A DNA stretch of 64,000 bases from Candidatus Melainabacteria bacterium 17Bon1m (GTDB lineage Bacteria; Cyanobacteriota; Vampirovibrionia; Obscuribacterales; Obscuribacteraceae): positions 448,001 through 512,000 of the forward strand of contig JAVLKG010000001.1 in NCBI GenBank assembly GCA_032128875.1, in the 5' to 3' direction. This document shows positions 47,792-58,482 of the stretch, piece by piece. The position numbers and the translations under genes were made by a program. The number at the start of each line of letters is the position of its first letter. The first letter of the stretch is position 1. The notes under the pieces are model-generated. The model was not told the DNA's origin. It made no database searches and was given only the letters and a program-made list of their open reading frames with translations.

Positions 47792-48553
47792 GTGCAGTTT
47801 ATCGATAGTATTCCCATATGGTTTGTCTTCTGCGCCTTTGTCGTGAATGCGTTTTGTTGGATTGAGTGCGGATTTCGTTTTGGGCAGTATCGTAAGAGCA
47901 AGGCGGCGCATGAGCCAGAATCCGCAGTTGCCGCAATGATTGCATCTACGCTCGCTTTGCTGGCGTTTGTACTTGGCTTTACATTCAACATTGCAACCAG
48001 TCGGTTTGAAGAGCGAAGAATATTGGTTGTGTCGGAGGCTAACGCGGTCGGTACTGCATATCTCCGAGCTGACTGTTTAGATGAACCAAGCAGCTCTCGC
48101 ATAAAGGCTCTCTTACGTAAATATGTCGAGATCCGTATTGACCTAGACTCGCGTTCGGTACCCAACATCATTTCAACTTCTGAACAGCTGCAGCGCGAAC
48201 TGTGGAAGGAAGCTACCATCATCGCGAAAAGACATTCAGACTCTCCTGTTTGTGCCCTTTTCATAAGTGCCCTCAATGAAGTGATTGATATTCACTCAAG
48301 ACGCGTTACTGCGGGTCTTTATGCTCGCGTGCCGATAGTAGTTTGGTTGTGTTTATTTTTGGTTTCAAGCTTAGCGATGACTGGGCTAGGATTTTTGTGC
48401 GGAATTTTAGGGCATCGTAGTTATTTCGCAACAAGTACTCTGGTTGCAGCATTCGGCGCTGTGATGATTTTGGTGGCAGATTTAGATCGCCCCCTGCAAG
48501 GTGTAATTCGCACGCCGCAACAAGCTTTGACCGAATTGTACAAAAAGCTCTAA
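47792..48553 (+). CDS. DUF4239/bestrophin-like membrane protein
   Basis: LLAFVLGFTF...RFEERR...EANAVGTAYLR...LNEVID...DLDRP. Confidence 0.75.
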   Translation: MQFIDSIPIWFVFCAFVVNAFCWIECGFRFGQYRKSKAAHEPESAVAAMIASTLALLAFVLGFTFNIATSRFEERRILVVSEANAVGTAYLRADCLDEPSSSRIKALLRKYVEIRIDLDSRSVPNIISTSEQLQRELWKEATIIAKRHSDSPVCALFISALNEVIDIHSRRVTAGLYARVPIVVWLCLFLVSSLAMTGLGFLCGILGHRSYFATSTLVAAFGAVMILVADLDRPLQGVIRTPQQALTELYKKL

Positions 48554-48584
48554 TGCTCCTTAATATCGATTGCGCGTTCTTTGC

Positions 48585-50309
48585 CTACGCAATTAGTTGA
48601 ATGGGCAGAGTGTATTTACGCTCGATTAGTCGTCTTATGGCAGCTCTGCTTTCATCGGCGGATAGTTTTTCGTTCTGCTCTATTTTGACTGTGTCATCAG
48701 CAAGGTTCTCGTCGCCGATCACACTGCGAAACCATCGAGAATAATCGTTGCGCCGCAAATGAAACAGCCATGTATCGCTGTCCACTCCCTCTCCGACTTG
48801 CATGAACATAAAGAGGTTTTGGCACTTTATTTTCAGCTGTCCAAAAGCGCCAGTGTAATAGAAACTCCTTTGCGCGCCGAGATTTCCATCGGCGTATTTA
48901 CGCAAATGTCTATGTTGATCTAATGGTGAAGAAATAACTTTTGCTTTTATTGGTGGGCCAAATTCATGTCTAAACCATGCGCAAACTTCTCCCCAGCCGA
49001 CGGGCCCAAACGTGATCTCCGGCGCGCTCTGCTCAACAAGACTTGCGAAGGCTCCCAGTGTATACGCCGTTTGGTTTCCTACTGCCAAAACTAGGTCGGT
49101 GCTGGAAAGAACGGTTTTCGAAATTTCCTTTGGATCTACTGTTATCGTAATAATAGAGCCGGGTTCGTTCCAAATTGGCTCGAATGTATGGTCCCAGTAT
49201 GGGTGCAGCATATGGTGCGCTTCATCGATAACCAGCCAATGTGGGCGCCCAACAGCTCTGCGAAAATTTTGGACTGCGGCGAAAGTTCGAGCCAAAAATC
49301 CTGCTCTTTCGTGCAATGGAACGCCTAAAAGATTTACGACAGCGTTATCGTTTGGATTGGCCAGGACTCTCATTATGTCGCTGACTTCTGGTATATAGTG
49401 CTGATTGCCAACACTAACAGCGCGAGGAGCCATCTCGTATTCGCCTTCCGGGTCGATAATACAGTATTGATATCCGGCCTCTGCAAACTGTTTTAAGATG
49501 GACATCGAGACCGTAGACTTGCCGCTCTGTGAAGGTCCGGCAATTAGAACTCTGAAGTCATAATTTGGTAATGTCACTGCATCTCCATTTGTGGCGGTTC
49601 CAATAGTCAATCTATGATGTTTTAGGTGTCCTGAGTAGTCGGCTAGATCATTCGCCAGAATTTTATCGATAAGCTCTATCACACCGTGACCGTGATCTTG
49701 TTTCATCGAAACATCCGCAAATTCCTTGACCGATGCGAGTGCATTTGCCACAGCTGCAGAGCACTCGCAAATGGACATCATGGAAAGATCATTCTCAGCG
49801 TCGCCGACGCAAACGGAATTGTGTGCGGAGAGTTTCATCTCCTGCAGTGCAGCTTGCAAACCCGTTCCCTTGTTAATACCTGCAGGTAGGACCATTACTG
49901 CACCTTTATTGAAAGATATGTGCAAATCCAAGCCCAATTCTTGAATGGTTTCTAGAACGCATGTTTCATGAGGGTGCCATGTGGAAACGATTACGCGCCC
50001 AACTTCCAGAGTCAGCCCTTTGACCTTCAGCCTGTCCACGAAGATTTGTGGAGGCGACTCAACAAGCTTACGTGCGATTTTTGTACTTGGCTCGTACAAT
50101 AGTGCGCCATTTTCGCAGACAACAAAATCGAATAAATCAATATGCTGATATGCATTAAAAAGGTCTTCCAACAACCGACCAGTGACAAGTATTATGCTTC
50201 GCCCAGACGCTCTAAGGCGAATTAGTGCTTGTGTAACAGAATCCGGCACGTGACCATCTGTCGCCAACGTCCCGTCAAAATCACATGCTAAGCATGCATA
50301 GCGCACCAA
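48585..50309 (-). CDS. HAD-IIB hydrolase fused to a P-loop (HerA/DUF87-like) domain
   Basis: DFDGT, VTGR, NKGTG, GDAEND; GPSQSGKS, IIDPEGEY, LVIDEAHH. Confidence 0.88.
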   Translation of the reverse strand: MVRYACLACDFDGTLATDGHVPDSVTQALIRLRASGRSIILVTGRLLEDLFNAYQHIDLFDFVVCENGALLYEPSTKIARKLVESPPQIFVDRLKVKGLTLEVGRVIVSTWHPHETCVLETIQELGLDLHISFNKGAVMVLPAGINKGTGLQAALQEMKLSAHNSVCVGDAENDLSMMSICECSAAVANALASVKEFADVSMKQDHGHGVIELIDKILANDLADYSGHLKHHRLTIGTATNGDAVTLPNYDFRVLIAGPSQSGKSTVSMSILKQFAEAGYQYCIIDPEGEYEMAPRAVSVGNQHYIPEVSDIMRVLANPNDNAVVNLLGVPLHERAGFLARTFAAVQNFRRAVGRPHWLVIDEAHHMLHPYWDHTFEPIWNEPGSIITITVDPKEISKTVLSSTDLVLAVGNQTAYTLGAFASLVEQSAPEITFGPVGWGEVCAWFRHEFGPPIKAKVISSPLDQHRHLRKYADGNLGAQRSFYYTGAFGQLKIKCQNLFMFMQVGEGVDSDTWLFHLRRNDYSRWFRSVIGDENLADDTVKIEQNEKLSADESRAAIRRLIERKYTLPIQLIA

Positions 50310-50354
50310 TCAATTTCCTTCAATCTGTGATTAATACGCAGAATAACTAACTTG

Positions 50355-50408
50355 TAGTCGATCGGTATCATCCAATTGGACTTTCAGCAAACTAATACTT
50401 TCGACTGA
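50355..50408. promoter_or_regulatory. Three putative 7-2-7 boxes upstream of the HAD fusion
   Basis: TAGTCGA-TC-GGTATCA (50355), TCATCCA-AT-TGGACTT (50368), TAATACT-TT-CGACTGA (50393). Confidence 0.6.
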
Positions 50409-50565
50409 TGGATGACTGCTTTTTCTTCTCGGAGTTGAGAATGCTGAATAAGCAGTAACGGTCAAATTTTCGAGCAAACCTCTTTCAAAGTTGTATTATC
50501 CAGACGAAGATTGAGAGCAAACTCCACCGAGATTTAACTCCCTTGTGCGACCGCGTGGGAATTTG

Positions 50566-51339
50566 CTAGAGAATTCCGTGATGACTCGAATTCTTCAAGT
50601 TTTCCATTTTTTCGATTTGTGCCGCATTGAGTATTGTGGAAGGTTGCTCGAGATCTTTGAAAATATTGATTGCTTCCTCCACGTGAGGGTGATCAAGTCC
50701 CCTCGTAATACTCACTAGCTGAATTGCTTGTGGGTACAGCTCCGCAGCTTCTTCATATCTGCCCTGCTCAGCCAAGAAGAGTACTTTGACCAGCAGCACA
50801 TCTCCGTAGATCATGGAGTTTTTGCCAAGTTGATTACTGCAGGTTATGAAATCAATTGCTTGGTTCAGATAGTGCTCCGTTTGGGCTGCATGACCGGACT
50901 GCTCAGAAAGTACAGCCAGATGTTTCAAGAGCTTTGCTTTTAATTCGTCCGGTGCATCTGCGCCTGCTCTTTTGGCTAATTCCATTGCCTTCAGCGCGTA
51001 GTTTAGTGATTCGGAGTCTCTGCCGCTTCTCCAGCAAAGTAGGCATAATTGGTGATAGTCCTCTGCACATCCTGCTAATGCATCTGGATTTGCTTCATCA
51101 ATCTTTAGAGCTTCCAAGATGAGAGGCTCTGCCTCAGCATATCTCCCCAGGGCTGCAAGCGATTTGGCCAGACCAGTCTGACTGCGCGCTTTCAATGTGT
51201 CAGCAAGTCCACTGGATTCGACCAGATCGAGAGCAAGTCTGAAATGTCTTATTGCTTGTGCGTAATAGCCCGCTCCATACGCCATTCTTCCAACCGCCAT
51301 TCTTGTTTGCCAACGCAGAAGGCCTTCATTCTCGTTCAT
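50566..51339 (-). CDS. Tetratricopeptide-repeat protein
   Basis: LAKSLAALGRYAEAEPL..., EQGRYEEAAELY...GLDHP. Confidence 0.85.
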   Translation of the reverse strand: MNENEGLLRWQTRMAVGRMAYGAGYYAQAIRHFRLALDLVESSGLADTLKARSQTGLAKSLAALGRYAEAEPLILEALKIDEANPDALAGCAEDYHQLCLLCWRSGRDSESLNYALKAMELAKRAGADAPDELKAKLLKHLAVLSEQSGHAAQTEHYLNQAIDFITCSNQLGKNSMIYGDVLLVKVLFLAEQGRYEEAAELYPQAIQLVSITRGLDHPHVEEAINIFKDLEQPSTILNAAQIEKMENLKNSSHHGIL

Positions 51340-51361
51340 TTGGTTAGTCCTCGAGTGAGCA

Positions 51362-52087
51362 TCAATTTTGATTTGGTGGAAAGCGCTGTCCTTGTTCTAA
51401 CTGGAACTGCTTGAACTTGTTCTGCAGATTTCCGCGTTCGTCGTAATTAATCACTGTAAACGGCTTGATACGCTTTTCTACGCAAACGCTTTGCGATACA
51501 CGCAATGGTTTCCCTGTCACATCAAAGTCTTTTATGATCATTTCAACCTTGATGACTCCATCGCTTAGTGGGCTGTAGTTTACGTCGGTAATCTCAAAGA
51601 AAGTGTCATAAGGCTGCTGTTTGCTCTTCAGGCATCGCACGACCTTTGCTGCTGTCCGAAGGGTCAATCGATCGGTGTGTGATCTAAGTACAGAGACTTG
51701 CACAATTGTTTGGCTTTCAGAATAATCTGCAGTCTCAATACTTCTTACGTAAGGAGTTGCAGTGTAATGCCAAATTCGACCAAGTCCGTCTTGTTGTGTG
51801 CCGATCGTTCGCACAAGAGATATCTGGACATTTGTAGGTTCTGTAATCTGGCGCTGTCCTGTGGCACAATCAGTCGAATCGTAAAACGTCTGGAACTTGG
51901 CTTGCCACGTTCCTGCGAGCCATGGGGGCACCTGAATCCACTGGAAAGACTGCAAATCCGGGGCTGCTGTTGAACCTATCATTGCTTCTGCGCTGCTCAT
52001 GCTCAGTATTAGAGCTAAACAGAGACCGAATAATCTAGCGAAGCGTCTTGCCGTCTTCAAAGCCTGTCCTCCTGCAATTGCACCCAC
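51362..52087 (-). CDS. Exported hypothetical protein
   Basis: Signal peptide ending AEA; WIQVPPWLAGTW. Confidence 0.65.
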   Translation of the reverse strand: MGAIAGGQALKTARRFARLFGLCLALILSMSSAEAMIGSTAAPDLQSFQWIQVPPWLAGTWQAKFQTFYDSTDCATGQRQITEPTNVQISLVRTIGTQQDGLGRIWHYTATPYVRSIETADYSESQTIVQVSVLRSHTDRLTLRTAAKVVRCLKSKQQPYDTFFEITDVNYSPLSDGVIKVEMIIKDFDVTGKPLRVSQSVCVEKRIKPFTVINYDERGNLQNKFKQFQLEQGQRFPPNQN

Positions 52088-52140
52088 ATTAACTGAATTG
52101 CAGTAGGGTCTTTATCGAGCAAAAGGATTAACGAAGGTTC

Positions 52141-52938
52141 TCACTCCTTAGTATGATTGTGTTCTTTACTCTCAGGTAAGGTCATAAGGAAGTTGGCAAT
52201 GTCAGTGGCTTCTTTGGCTGATACCGTTTGCGGTGGCATTCGATACCCCATTTTCTTATATTCACCAGAACGATCAGGTCCGAGCAACGCACCTGTTGTA
52301 ATGCGACTCTCGATAAAGTTATGGCTACGTCTTGCACCTATTCCGAGAAGTGAGGGGCCGATTCTGCCTCCCGCTTCACCAATTGAATGGCAAGCGGCGC
52401 AGCCGTGATCCAAATAAAGCTGTTTGCCATGTTCGCTGGACGCATCCGTCTTTCGTGGGGAAAAACGGGCACCCTGTGGTACTGAATCGGTAACATCGCC
52501 TCCGTGATGCGATATCTTCCATTGCGATTCTGTATTAGGTAATTTGGATAGATACACAGACACAGCCTTGGCCTGCGGCGCAGGCAGCCGGGCATGCGAC
52601 ATGATTTCCTTTGGTGTCAAAAACGGAGGAAATTTTACCTTAGCGGCAGCTTTTGAGAGGCGGCTTTCAATTTCTGCTTGGCTCATGTACTTGCCAATTC
52701 CATCCAGCGGAGGGCCTATGGTACCGCCTTCGCTTTCAATAATGTGACAGCTTCTGCAGCTCAATTCCTGCGCTATTTTGCGACCATCCGGTGCACTATT
52801 TTGATTTCCGGGGCTTTGATTATCTTTTGCGAAAACGTCTGGCGTGGCAGCTCCAAAAAAAAGTACAGCCGATAATACAAATTGAATTGAAAGTCGGGTT
52901 TTTGGAACAGCAATGTACCGCAAGACCGTATTTTTCAT
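52141..52938 (-). CDS. Exported di-heme c-type cytochrome
   Basis: CRSCH...GPPL...EIMSH; CAACH...GPSL...YRMPP. Start uncertain. Confidence 0.88.
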   Translation of the reverse strand: MKNTVLRYIAVPKTRLSIQFVLSAVLFFGAATPDVFAKDNQSPGNQNSAPDGRKIAQELSCRSCHIIESEGGTIGPPLDGIGKYMSQAEIESRLSKAAAKVKFPPFLTPKEIMSHARLPAPQAKAVSVYLSKLPNTESQWKISHHGGDVTDSVPQGARFSPRKTDASSEHGKQLYLDHGCAACHSIGEAGGRIGPSLLGIGARRSHNFIESRITTGALLGPDRSGEYKKMGYRMPPQTVSAKEATDIANFLMTLPESKEHNHTKE

Positions 52939-53078
52939 GTTTTCATATTCAGCCATTGAAATCATCCTTAAACGCGCGACATTATTATTGTCGTTGATTT
53001 CCTCCAGATTCAAACAACCACAAGTAGGATTCTGCTCTGTCTATAGTTATAATTGGCACACGGCTTGGAATTGAACAT

Positions 53079-53834
53079 ATGGGTAACGAAGAACAGGACA
53101 CCAAAACACGCATTCGAATTTTGCTTGTAGAAGATCACGCCCTGACCAGGGTGGGCATCAAAACAGTGCTCAAGCGAGAGGCTGATTTTGAAGTCGTTGG
53201 TGATGCATCAAATGGCGAAGAAGCGATTGCACAAGCTGAAGCGCTTAAGCCTGACATTATTTTGATGGATGTTGGCATGCCTGTAATGGACGGAATTCAG
53301 GCGTCTAAGAAGATTGTTGACAGCGGATCTGCCGCCAAAATAATCATGCTTACGCAGCATGACAACGAGCAGGACATTCTTGCCTCACTGTCTGCCGGTG
53401 CATCCGGTTATTGCCTTAAGGATGTCGAGGCTTCGAGATTGTACATGGCAATCCGGACAGTCAATGCCGGTGATGCCTGGCTTGATTCAGCCATAGCCGG
53501 TAAGGTTCTAAAACTCTATAACACGCAAAATCCTGCTCCCGCGAGCACCCAGCCTCAAGAGCCGGCTTCGCCAAAAGAACACCACTCGGTAGCCGCTGGC
53601 AGCCCTAGTCAAAAGGCATATGACCCAGATCGCCCCTATGCAGAGCCCCTCTCGCCTCGAGAATTAGAGGTTCTTGGGCTTATCGTGGAAGGGCTATCCA
53701 ATCAGCAAATCTCAGATCGGCTAATTATTTCGTTGCCAACCACTAAAACGCATGTTCGCAATATTCTCAATAAGTTAGCAGTTGATGATCGAACTCAAGC
53801 GGCTGTGCATGCTATGCGGCGCGGTATCGTCTAG
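53079..53834 (+). CDS. NarL/LuxR-family response regulator (RR2, orphan paralog of RR1)
   Basis: Same REC and HTH motifs as 4919-5680; 5 differences in the last 63 aa. Confidence 0.95.
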   Translation: MGNEEQDTKTRIRILLVEDHALTRVGIKTVLKREADFEVVGDASNGEEAIAQAEALKPDIILMDVGMPVMDGIQASKKIVDSGSAAKIIMLTQHDNEQDILASLSAGASGYCLKDVEASRLYMAIRTVNAGDAWLDSAIAGKVLKLYNTQNPAPASTQPQEPASPKEHHSVAAGSPSQKAYDPDRPYAEPLSPRELEVLGLIVEGLSNQQISDRLIISLPTTKTHVRNILNKLAVDDRTQAAVHAMRRGIV

Positions 53835-54062
53835 CTTTTGAAGCTTGTTTGCGGCGTTGCCAATGTGTTTGCTGTGCTATTTCATCAGGTGCATCCTTCT
53901 TTGGGATGAATTTTGGGATTTTAATTTTTACGCAGAGTCCTCAAAGTGGCTGCGATGTCCTGCGAAGAGCACCGCAGAATCATTCATCAGTTAGATGTTC
54001 GCAGGCCTGTTTGATGCCAGAGTAGTCTTGTTGAATTAGTGCAGGCGCCTTTGGATAGAAAA

Positions 54063-56837
54063 ATGGCTAGAGTTGGTGATTTCCCCGCCCCCGTAAAGGG
54101 GCCGGATTTCGCTTTTTTCGAACCTGAATATGTACTGGAGCAATTACAAACTGGTTTCGCTGGATTGTCAGCTGAGGATGCTGCTAAACGTTTAATTCGG
54201 CACGGTCGCAATTCTATTGAGATTTTTGTGCCGTCTTCACTGTTTAGAAAGCTGAGCGGAAATTTTTTCCATGCCATGGCAGTTCTTTTGTGGTTGACGG
54301 GGCTTGTTGCACTCGCAGCAAAAATGCCTGAATTGGCAATTGCTATTTGGCTCGTCAACATAGTTAACGGGAGTTTTTCCTTCTGGCAGGAAAATTGCGC
54401 GCAAAAAGCATTAGAAGCGCTCAACAAGCTCCTGCCTGTTAACGTGCAAGTTGTAAGATCTTCTCTTCCGGTGAACATTTCGGCTTCGGATCTTGTTCCT
54501 GGAGATATCGTTTTGCTAAATGAAGGTGATCGCGTATCTGCGGATATGCGAATCCTATCGTGCCAGAGTCTTGAAATCGATCAGTCAATTCTGACAGGAG
54601 AATCGAGACCTGTTCGTAAGCAGGCTGCTACTCTGGAACGTCAGCAGGCAAACGGTGTTTTAAACGCGGATTTTCACAACCTGGTTTTCGCAGGCACGAT
54701 GGTACTGACAGGGCATGCGCAAGCTGTTGTGTTTGCAACTGGCACCAATACAGAATTTGGCAAGATTGCCAATTTAGCGCAAACCATAGTAGACCAACCA
54801 AGTCCTTTGCAGAAGGAGATGGAGCGATTGTCGCGAACCGTCTCGGCAATTTCCATTGCTGTTGGAGCCGCAATGTTTATGGCGGCAAAACTTTTGGCAC
54901 ATACGGAAACACAAGCAGCTTTCATGTTTGCATTAGGAATGATCGTTGCGTTCGTTCCTGAAGGGATGGTGCCGACCGTAACCCTATCTCTGGCCCTTGC
55001 TGTGCAGAGAATGGTCAAGCGAAACGCCCTGGTTAAGAGACTTTCCTCGGTGGAGGCTCTAGGCAGTTGCAGCATAATTTGTACCGACAAAACGGGTACT
55101 ATCACGGAAAATAAAATGACCGTCACTCGTGCTTTTGCAGGAGGAGCAGAGTTTCAACTTACTGGTTTAGGCTATTCGTTCGAAGGAACTCTAATTCCTG
55201 GTCAGGACAGTGGCGCTAATTCTGAAATTTTCGAACTGCTAAAGGCTGGTGTTTGGTGCAACAACGCGAGAATAGAGTTACCGCCTTCCAATTATGTCAG
55301 CGGTGATCCTACGGAAGTAGCTTTGCTTGTTGCAGCTGGTAAAGCTGGGCAGCCAGTTAAATGCATGGCACCAAGGCTCCACGAAAATATTTTCGATTCT
55401 CGCAGAAAAAGCATGAGCACCGTGCATGATGACAGCGGTAGCAAGGTCGCATACATCAAGGGCTCAGCAGCCCATATCATTGCCAATTGCCGAAGGCAGC
55501 TCATAGGCAAAGTGGAGTTGGAATTAACCGAAGAGCAAAGAGCGGTCCTGATAAGACGGGTCGATAGTTATGCGGAAGACGGATTGAGAGTCATCGCAGC
55601 GGCACGCAATCGTATCTCAGAGAACTCAAAAGATTTCTCGGCTCCATCTGTAGAGACTGATGCATGCTTTATTGGACTTTTTGCCATGTACGATCCGCCA
55701 CGGCGAGGCGTTGCCGAAGCAGTTGCGAAGTGCAAAAGAGCTGGAATACAGGTAGTGATGATCACTGGAGATTATGAGATTACTGCTCGTGCCATAGCAC
55801 GTAAGGTTGGAATTATCGAAAGTGATTCACCTACCATTTTTACAGGAGCTCAGCTTGATCGCATCAGTGATGATGAGTTTATCGAATCACTGCGGGAAGA
55901 GGTCGTTTTTGCAAGAGTGAATCCTGATCATAAGCTAAGGATCGTGCAGGCTTTTCAACGGTGTGGACGGATTGTTGCAGTCACTGGTGATGGAGTAAAC
56001 GATGCTCCTGCCCTCAAAAGTGCAGATATCGGAGTAGCGATGGGACAGAATGGAGCAGATGTGGCCAAGGAATCTGCAGATATGATTTTATTGGATGATA
56101 ATTTTGCTTCGATTGTCAGTGCAATTGAAGAGGGGCGATGTGTCTACGACAATATAAGAAAGTTTGCCGTGTACGTGTTCAACAGCAATATGGCTGAGGC
56201 GGTTCCGTTCGTGGTAATGCTTTTTTCGTGCGGACTAATTCCCTTGCCTCTGACTGTAATGCAGGTTTTATGTATTGATCTCGGCACTGATATGCTGCCG
56301 GCCCTTGGCTTGGGTGTTGATCCAGCAGAACCGGGGATTATGCATAGAGTTCCGCGTAATTTGAATGAACCTTTGCTTACACGGGCCCTGCTTGCAAAAG
56401 CGCTCTTGTGGTACGGCGCGATCGAAGCTATTGCCGGAATGAGCGGATATTTCTTTCTCAATTGGCTTCATGGTTGGCCGACTATTCCGCTTGCGCAGCC
56501 ACCCTCAGTCATATGGAAGATGGCGACCTCGATGACCCTTTCTTGCATTGTTTGCGCGCAGGTCGGTGCAGTATTTTGCTGCCGCACCGATCGTGCGTCT
56601 ATTTTCTCTGTAAACCTGCTCGAAAATCGTTTGGTTGTCGCTGGTGTCTTCGTAGAGATCTTGCTTCTGCTGTTACTGTTATTTTTTCCTTTTGCAAATC
56701 AAATATTCGGAACCGCGCCCTTGGGTTTCACAGAGTTGCTGTATGCTGCCTGCTGGATTCCAATTGTGGTTGCATTAGACGAAATTCGTAAGCTCTACTT
56801 AAGGAAATCACGCGGCTTCCGGCAAGCGGAGCGCTGA
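54063..56837 (+). CDS. Cation-transporting P2-type ATPase (prokaryotic P2C/P2A-like)
   Basis: LTGES, VAFVPEG, DKTGT, GDPTE, TGDGVNDAPALK, IDLGTDMLPA. Confidence 0.93.
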   Translation: MARVGDFPAPVKGPDFAFFEPEYVLEQLQTGFAGLSAEDAAKRLIRHGRNSIEIFVPSSLFRKLSGNFFHAMAVLLWLTGLVALAAKMPELAIAIWLVNIVNGSFSFWQENCAQKALEALNKLLPVNVQVVRSSLPVNISASDLVPGDIVLLNEGDRVSADMRILSCQSLEIDQSILTGESRPVRKQAATLERQQANGVLNADFHNLVFAGTMVLTGHAQAVVFATGTNTEFGKIANLAQTIVDQPSPLQKEMERLSRTVSAISIAVGAAMFMAAKLLAHTETQAAFMFALGMIVAFVPEGMVPTVTLSLALAVQRMVKRNALVKRLSSVEALGSCSIICTDKTGTITENKMTVTRAFAGGAEFQLTGLGYSFEGTLIPGQDSGANSEIFELLKAGVWCNNARIELPPSNYVSGDPTEVALLVAAGKAGQPVKCMAPRLHENIFDSRRKSMSTVHDDSGSKVAYIKGSAAHIIANCRRQLIGKVELELTEEQRAVLIRRVDSYAEDGLRVIAAARNRISENSKDFSAPSVETDACFIGLFAMYDPPRRGVAEAVAKCKRAGIQVVMITGDYEITARAIARKVGIIESDSPTIFTGAQLDRISDDEFIESLREEVVFARVNPDHKLRIVQAFQRCGRIVAVTGDGVNDAPALKSADIGVAMGQNGADVAKESADMILLDDNFASIVSAIEEGRCVYDNIRKFAVYVFNSNMAEAVPFVVMLFSCGLIPLPLTVMQVLCIDLGTDMLPALGLGVDPAEPGIMHRVPRNLNEPLLTRALLAKALLWYGAIEAIAGMSGYFFLNWLHGWPTIPLAQPPSVIWKMATSMTLSCIVCAQVGAVFCCRTDRASIFSVNLLENRLVVAGVFVEILLLLLLLFFPFANQIFGTAPLGFTELLYAACWIPIVVALDEIRKLYLRKSRGFRQAER

Positions 56838-58325
56838 CTTTTTGAAGTTCTTTTGGTCGTGCCCCCACTCGAGAGTTACGTTGCCTCCTTGTTCTTTAAA
56901 TTGCTTCTCGAACGCGCGGATTGTTTCTATGCACGCGTGGTCCATGTACATTAAGCCTGAGAAGTCAATGTGAAGGTCCGTGTGAGGATCGAGCTTCTCT
57001 ATTTCGTCAGAAATCTTCGGCAAGCTCAAGAATGTTGCTGCACCGGCGAGACGCATAACAAGCTGGTCTTCCTCTTCTTCCTTGGTGATATCGACTTTGC
57101 AGAAGATATATAGGATTTTGAGAATTGAGAGTGCAACACCTGTGAGCACACCAGTCAGTAAGTCAACTCCAACGATAGTTGCCATCGTAGCCAGAAGAAT
57201 CAACAATTCCGTTTTACTTTGCTTGCCGATTGCTTTGATTTCGTTGATGTTCAACAGTTTGTATCCCGTGTACACCAGCAGCGCTGCCAGCACAGCGGTA
57301 GGAATTTGCTTCAGCAACGCTGGGAAGGCGACAACGAAAAGTAAAAGCCAGACACCGTGCAGGATGGCTGATAGCCTGCTCTTTGCACCCGCTTTGACGT
57401 TGACTGAGCTGCGAACGATGACACCCGTAAGGGGAAGAGCGCCCACGATACCACATAAGGTATTACCCACGCCTTGGGCCACCAACTCCTTGTCGTACTT
57501 CGCTTTGTTTTCTGGTGCCATTCTGTCGATTGCACTGGCGCTCAGTAGTGTCTCCGCGCTGGCAATGAATGCGACGATCAAACCTTGTTGCAAAATCACC
57601 CATCCAAGTGTTGGAATTTGCGAAAGGTCGAGCCAATTGACTGCATTCAGAATGTTGTTGGGCAGCTCAACGTGTTTTACTTCTAACCCCATTGCTGCAG
57701 CAAGAACAGTGGCTGCAAATACCGAGATCAGTGTTGGGGGAACAGCATTGCGCAATTTTGTGAAAGGAAGCTTTTCCCAGAGAATAATGATCGCGATTGT
57801 GATCAAACCAATCAGAGCCGCTAAGTGGTTAAAGTCATGATTGAGAGTGAGGACATCCATCAAAATCTTTGGTATGGCAATGAGATTATCTAAACCACTG
57901 CCTTTTGGCTTGTCGTCAAGCATGACGTGGAATTGACTGGCAAGGATGAGTAAGCCGATGCCGGACAACATACCTTGCACCACTGCTGGTGACACTGCTC
58001 GGAAAATTCTGCCTAGCTTGAGCGCGCCGAATGCAATTTGCGTGATCCCTGCGACGACAAGAATCAGACCAAGCGCCGGCAGTCCGTATTTACTGATGAT
58101 TTCCCAAATGATTACCGCAAGCCCTGCGGCAGGACCGCTGACTTGTAAAGGTGACCCCGACAATGTGCCGACAACAATACCGCCGATGATCCCCGTTATT
58201 AAACCTGCAGCGGGGTGTACTCCTGAAGCGATCGCAATACCCATACAGAGTGGTAGTGCAACGAGAAATACGACCAGCGATGAAAGTAAATCTTGCCGCA
58301 AGTTTTTGCCGGCGATCGATGTCAT
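56808..58325 (-). CDS. SulP/SLC26 inorganic anion transporter (copy 2)
   Basis: VVFLVALPLCMGIAIASG, QVSGPAAG, KELVAQGVGN, VIVRSS, YMDHAC; 30-nt convergent overlap with the ATPase. Confidence 0.93.
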   Translation of the reverse strand: MTSIAGKNLRQDLLSSLVVFLVALPLCMGIAIASGVHPAAGLITGIIGGIVVGTLSGSPLQVSGPAAGLAVIIWEIISKYGLPALGLILVVAGITQIAFGALKLGRIFRAVSPAVVQGMLSGIGLLILASQFHVMLDDKPKGSGLDNLIAIPKILMDVLTLNHDFNHLAALIGLITIAIIILWEKLPFTKLRNAVPPTLISVFAATVLAAAMGLEVKHVELPNNILNAVNWLDLSQIPTLGWVILQQGLIVAFIASAETLLSASAIDRMAPENKAKYDKELVAQGVGNTLCGIVGALPLTGVIVRSSVNVKAGAKSRLSAILHGVWLLLFVVAFPALLKQIPTAVLAALLVYTGYKLLNINEIKAIGKQSKTELLILLATMATIVGVDLLTGVLTGVALSILKILYIFCKVDITKEEEEDQLVMRLAGAATFLSLPKISDEIEKLDPHTDLHIDFSGLMYMDHACIETIRAFEKQFKEQGGNVTLEWGHDQKNFKKSALRLPEAA

Positions 58326-58482
58326 GAGAGTTCTCCCTCGTGTTTTCGGGGTTTGCATTGGTTTGGTGACGGCCAAAGGAAGATTGGTGTTTCAATTTCG
58401 CGGGGATTTTAAGCATTTCCGAACAAAAATAGCTTTCAAGAACCTTTTCTTGAAAGCTTTAAGAAGGGGTCTTGAAAAGGGG

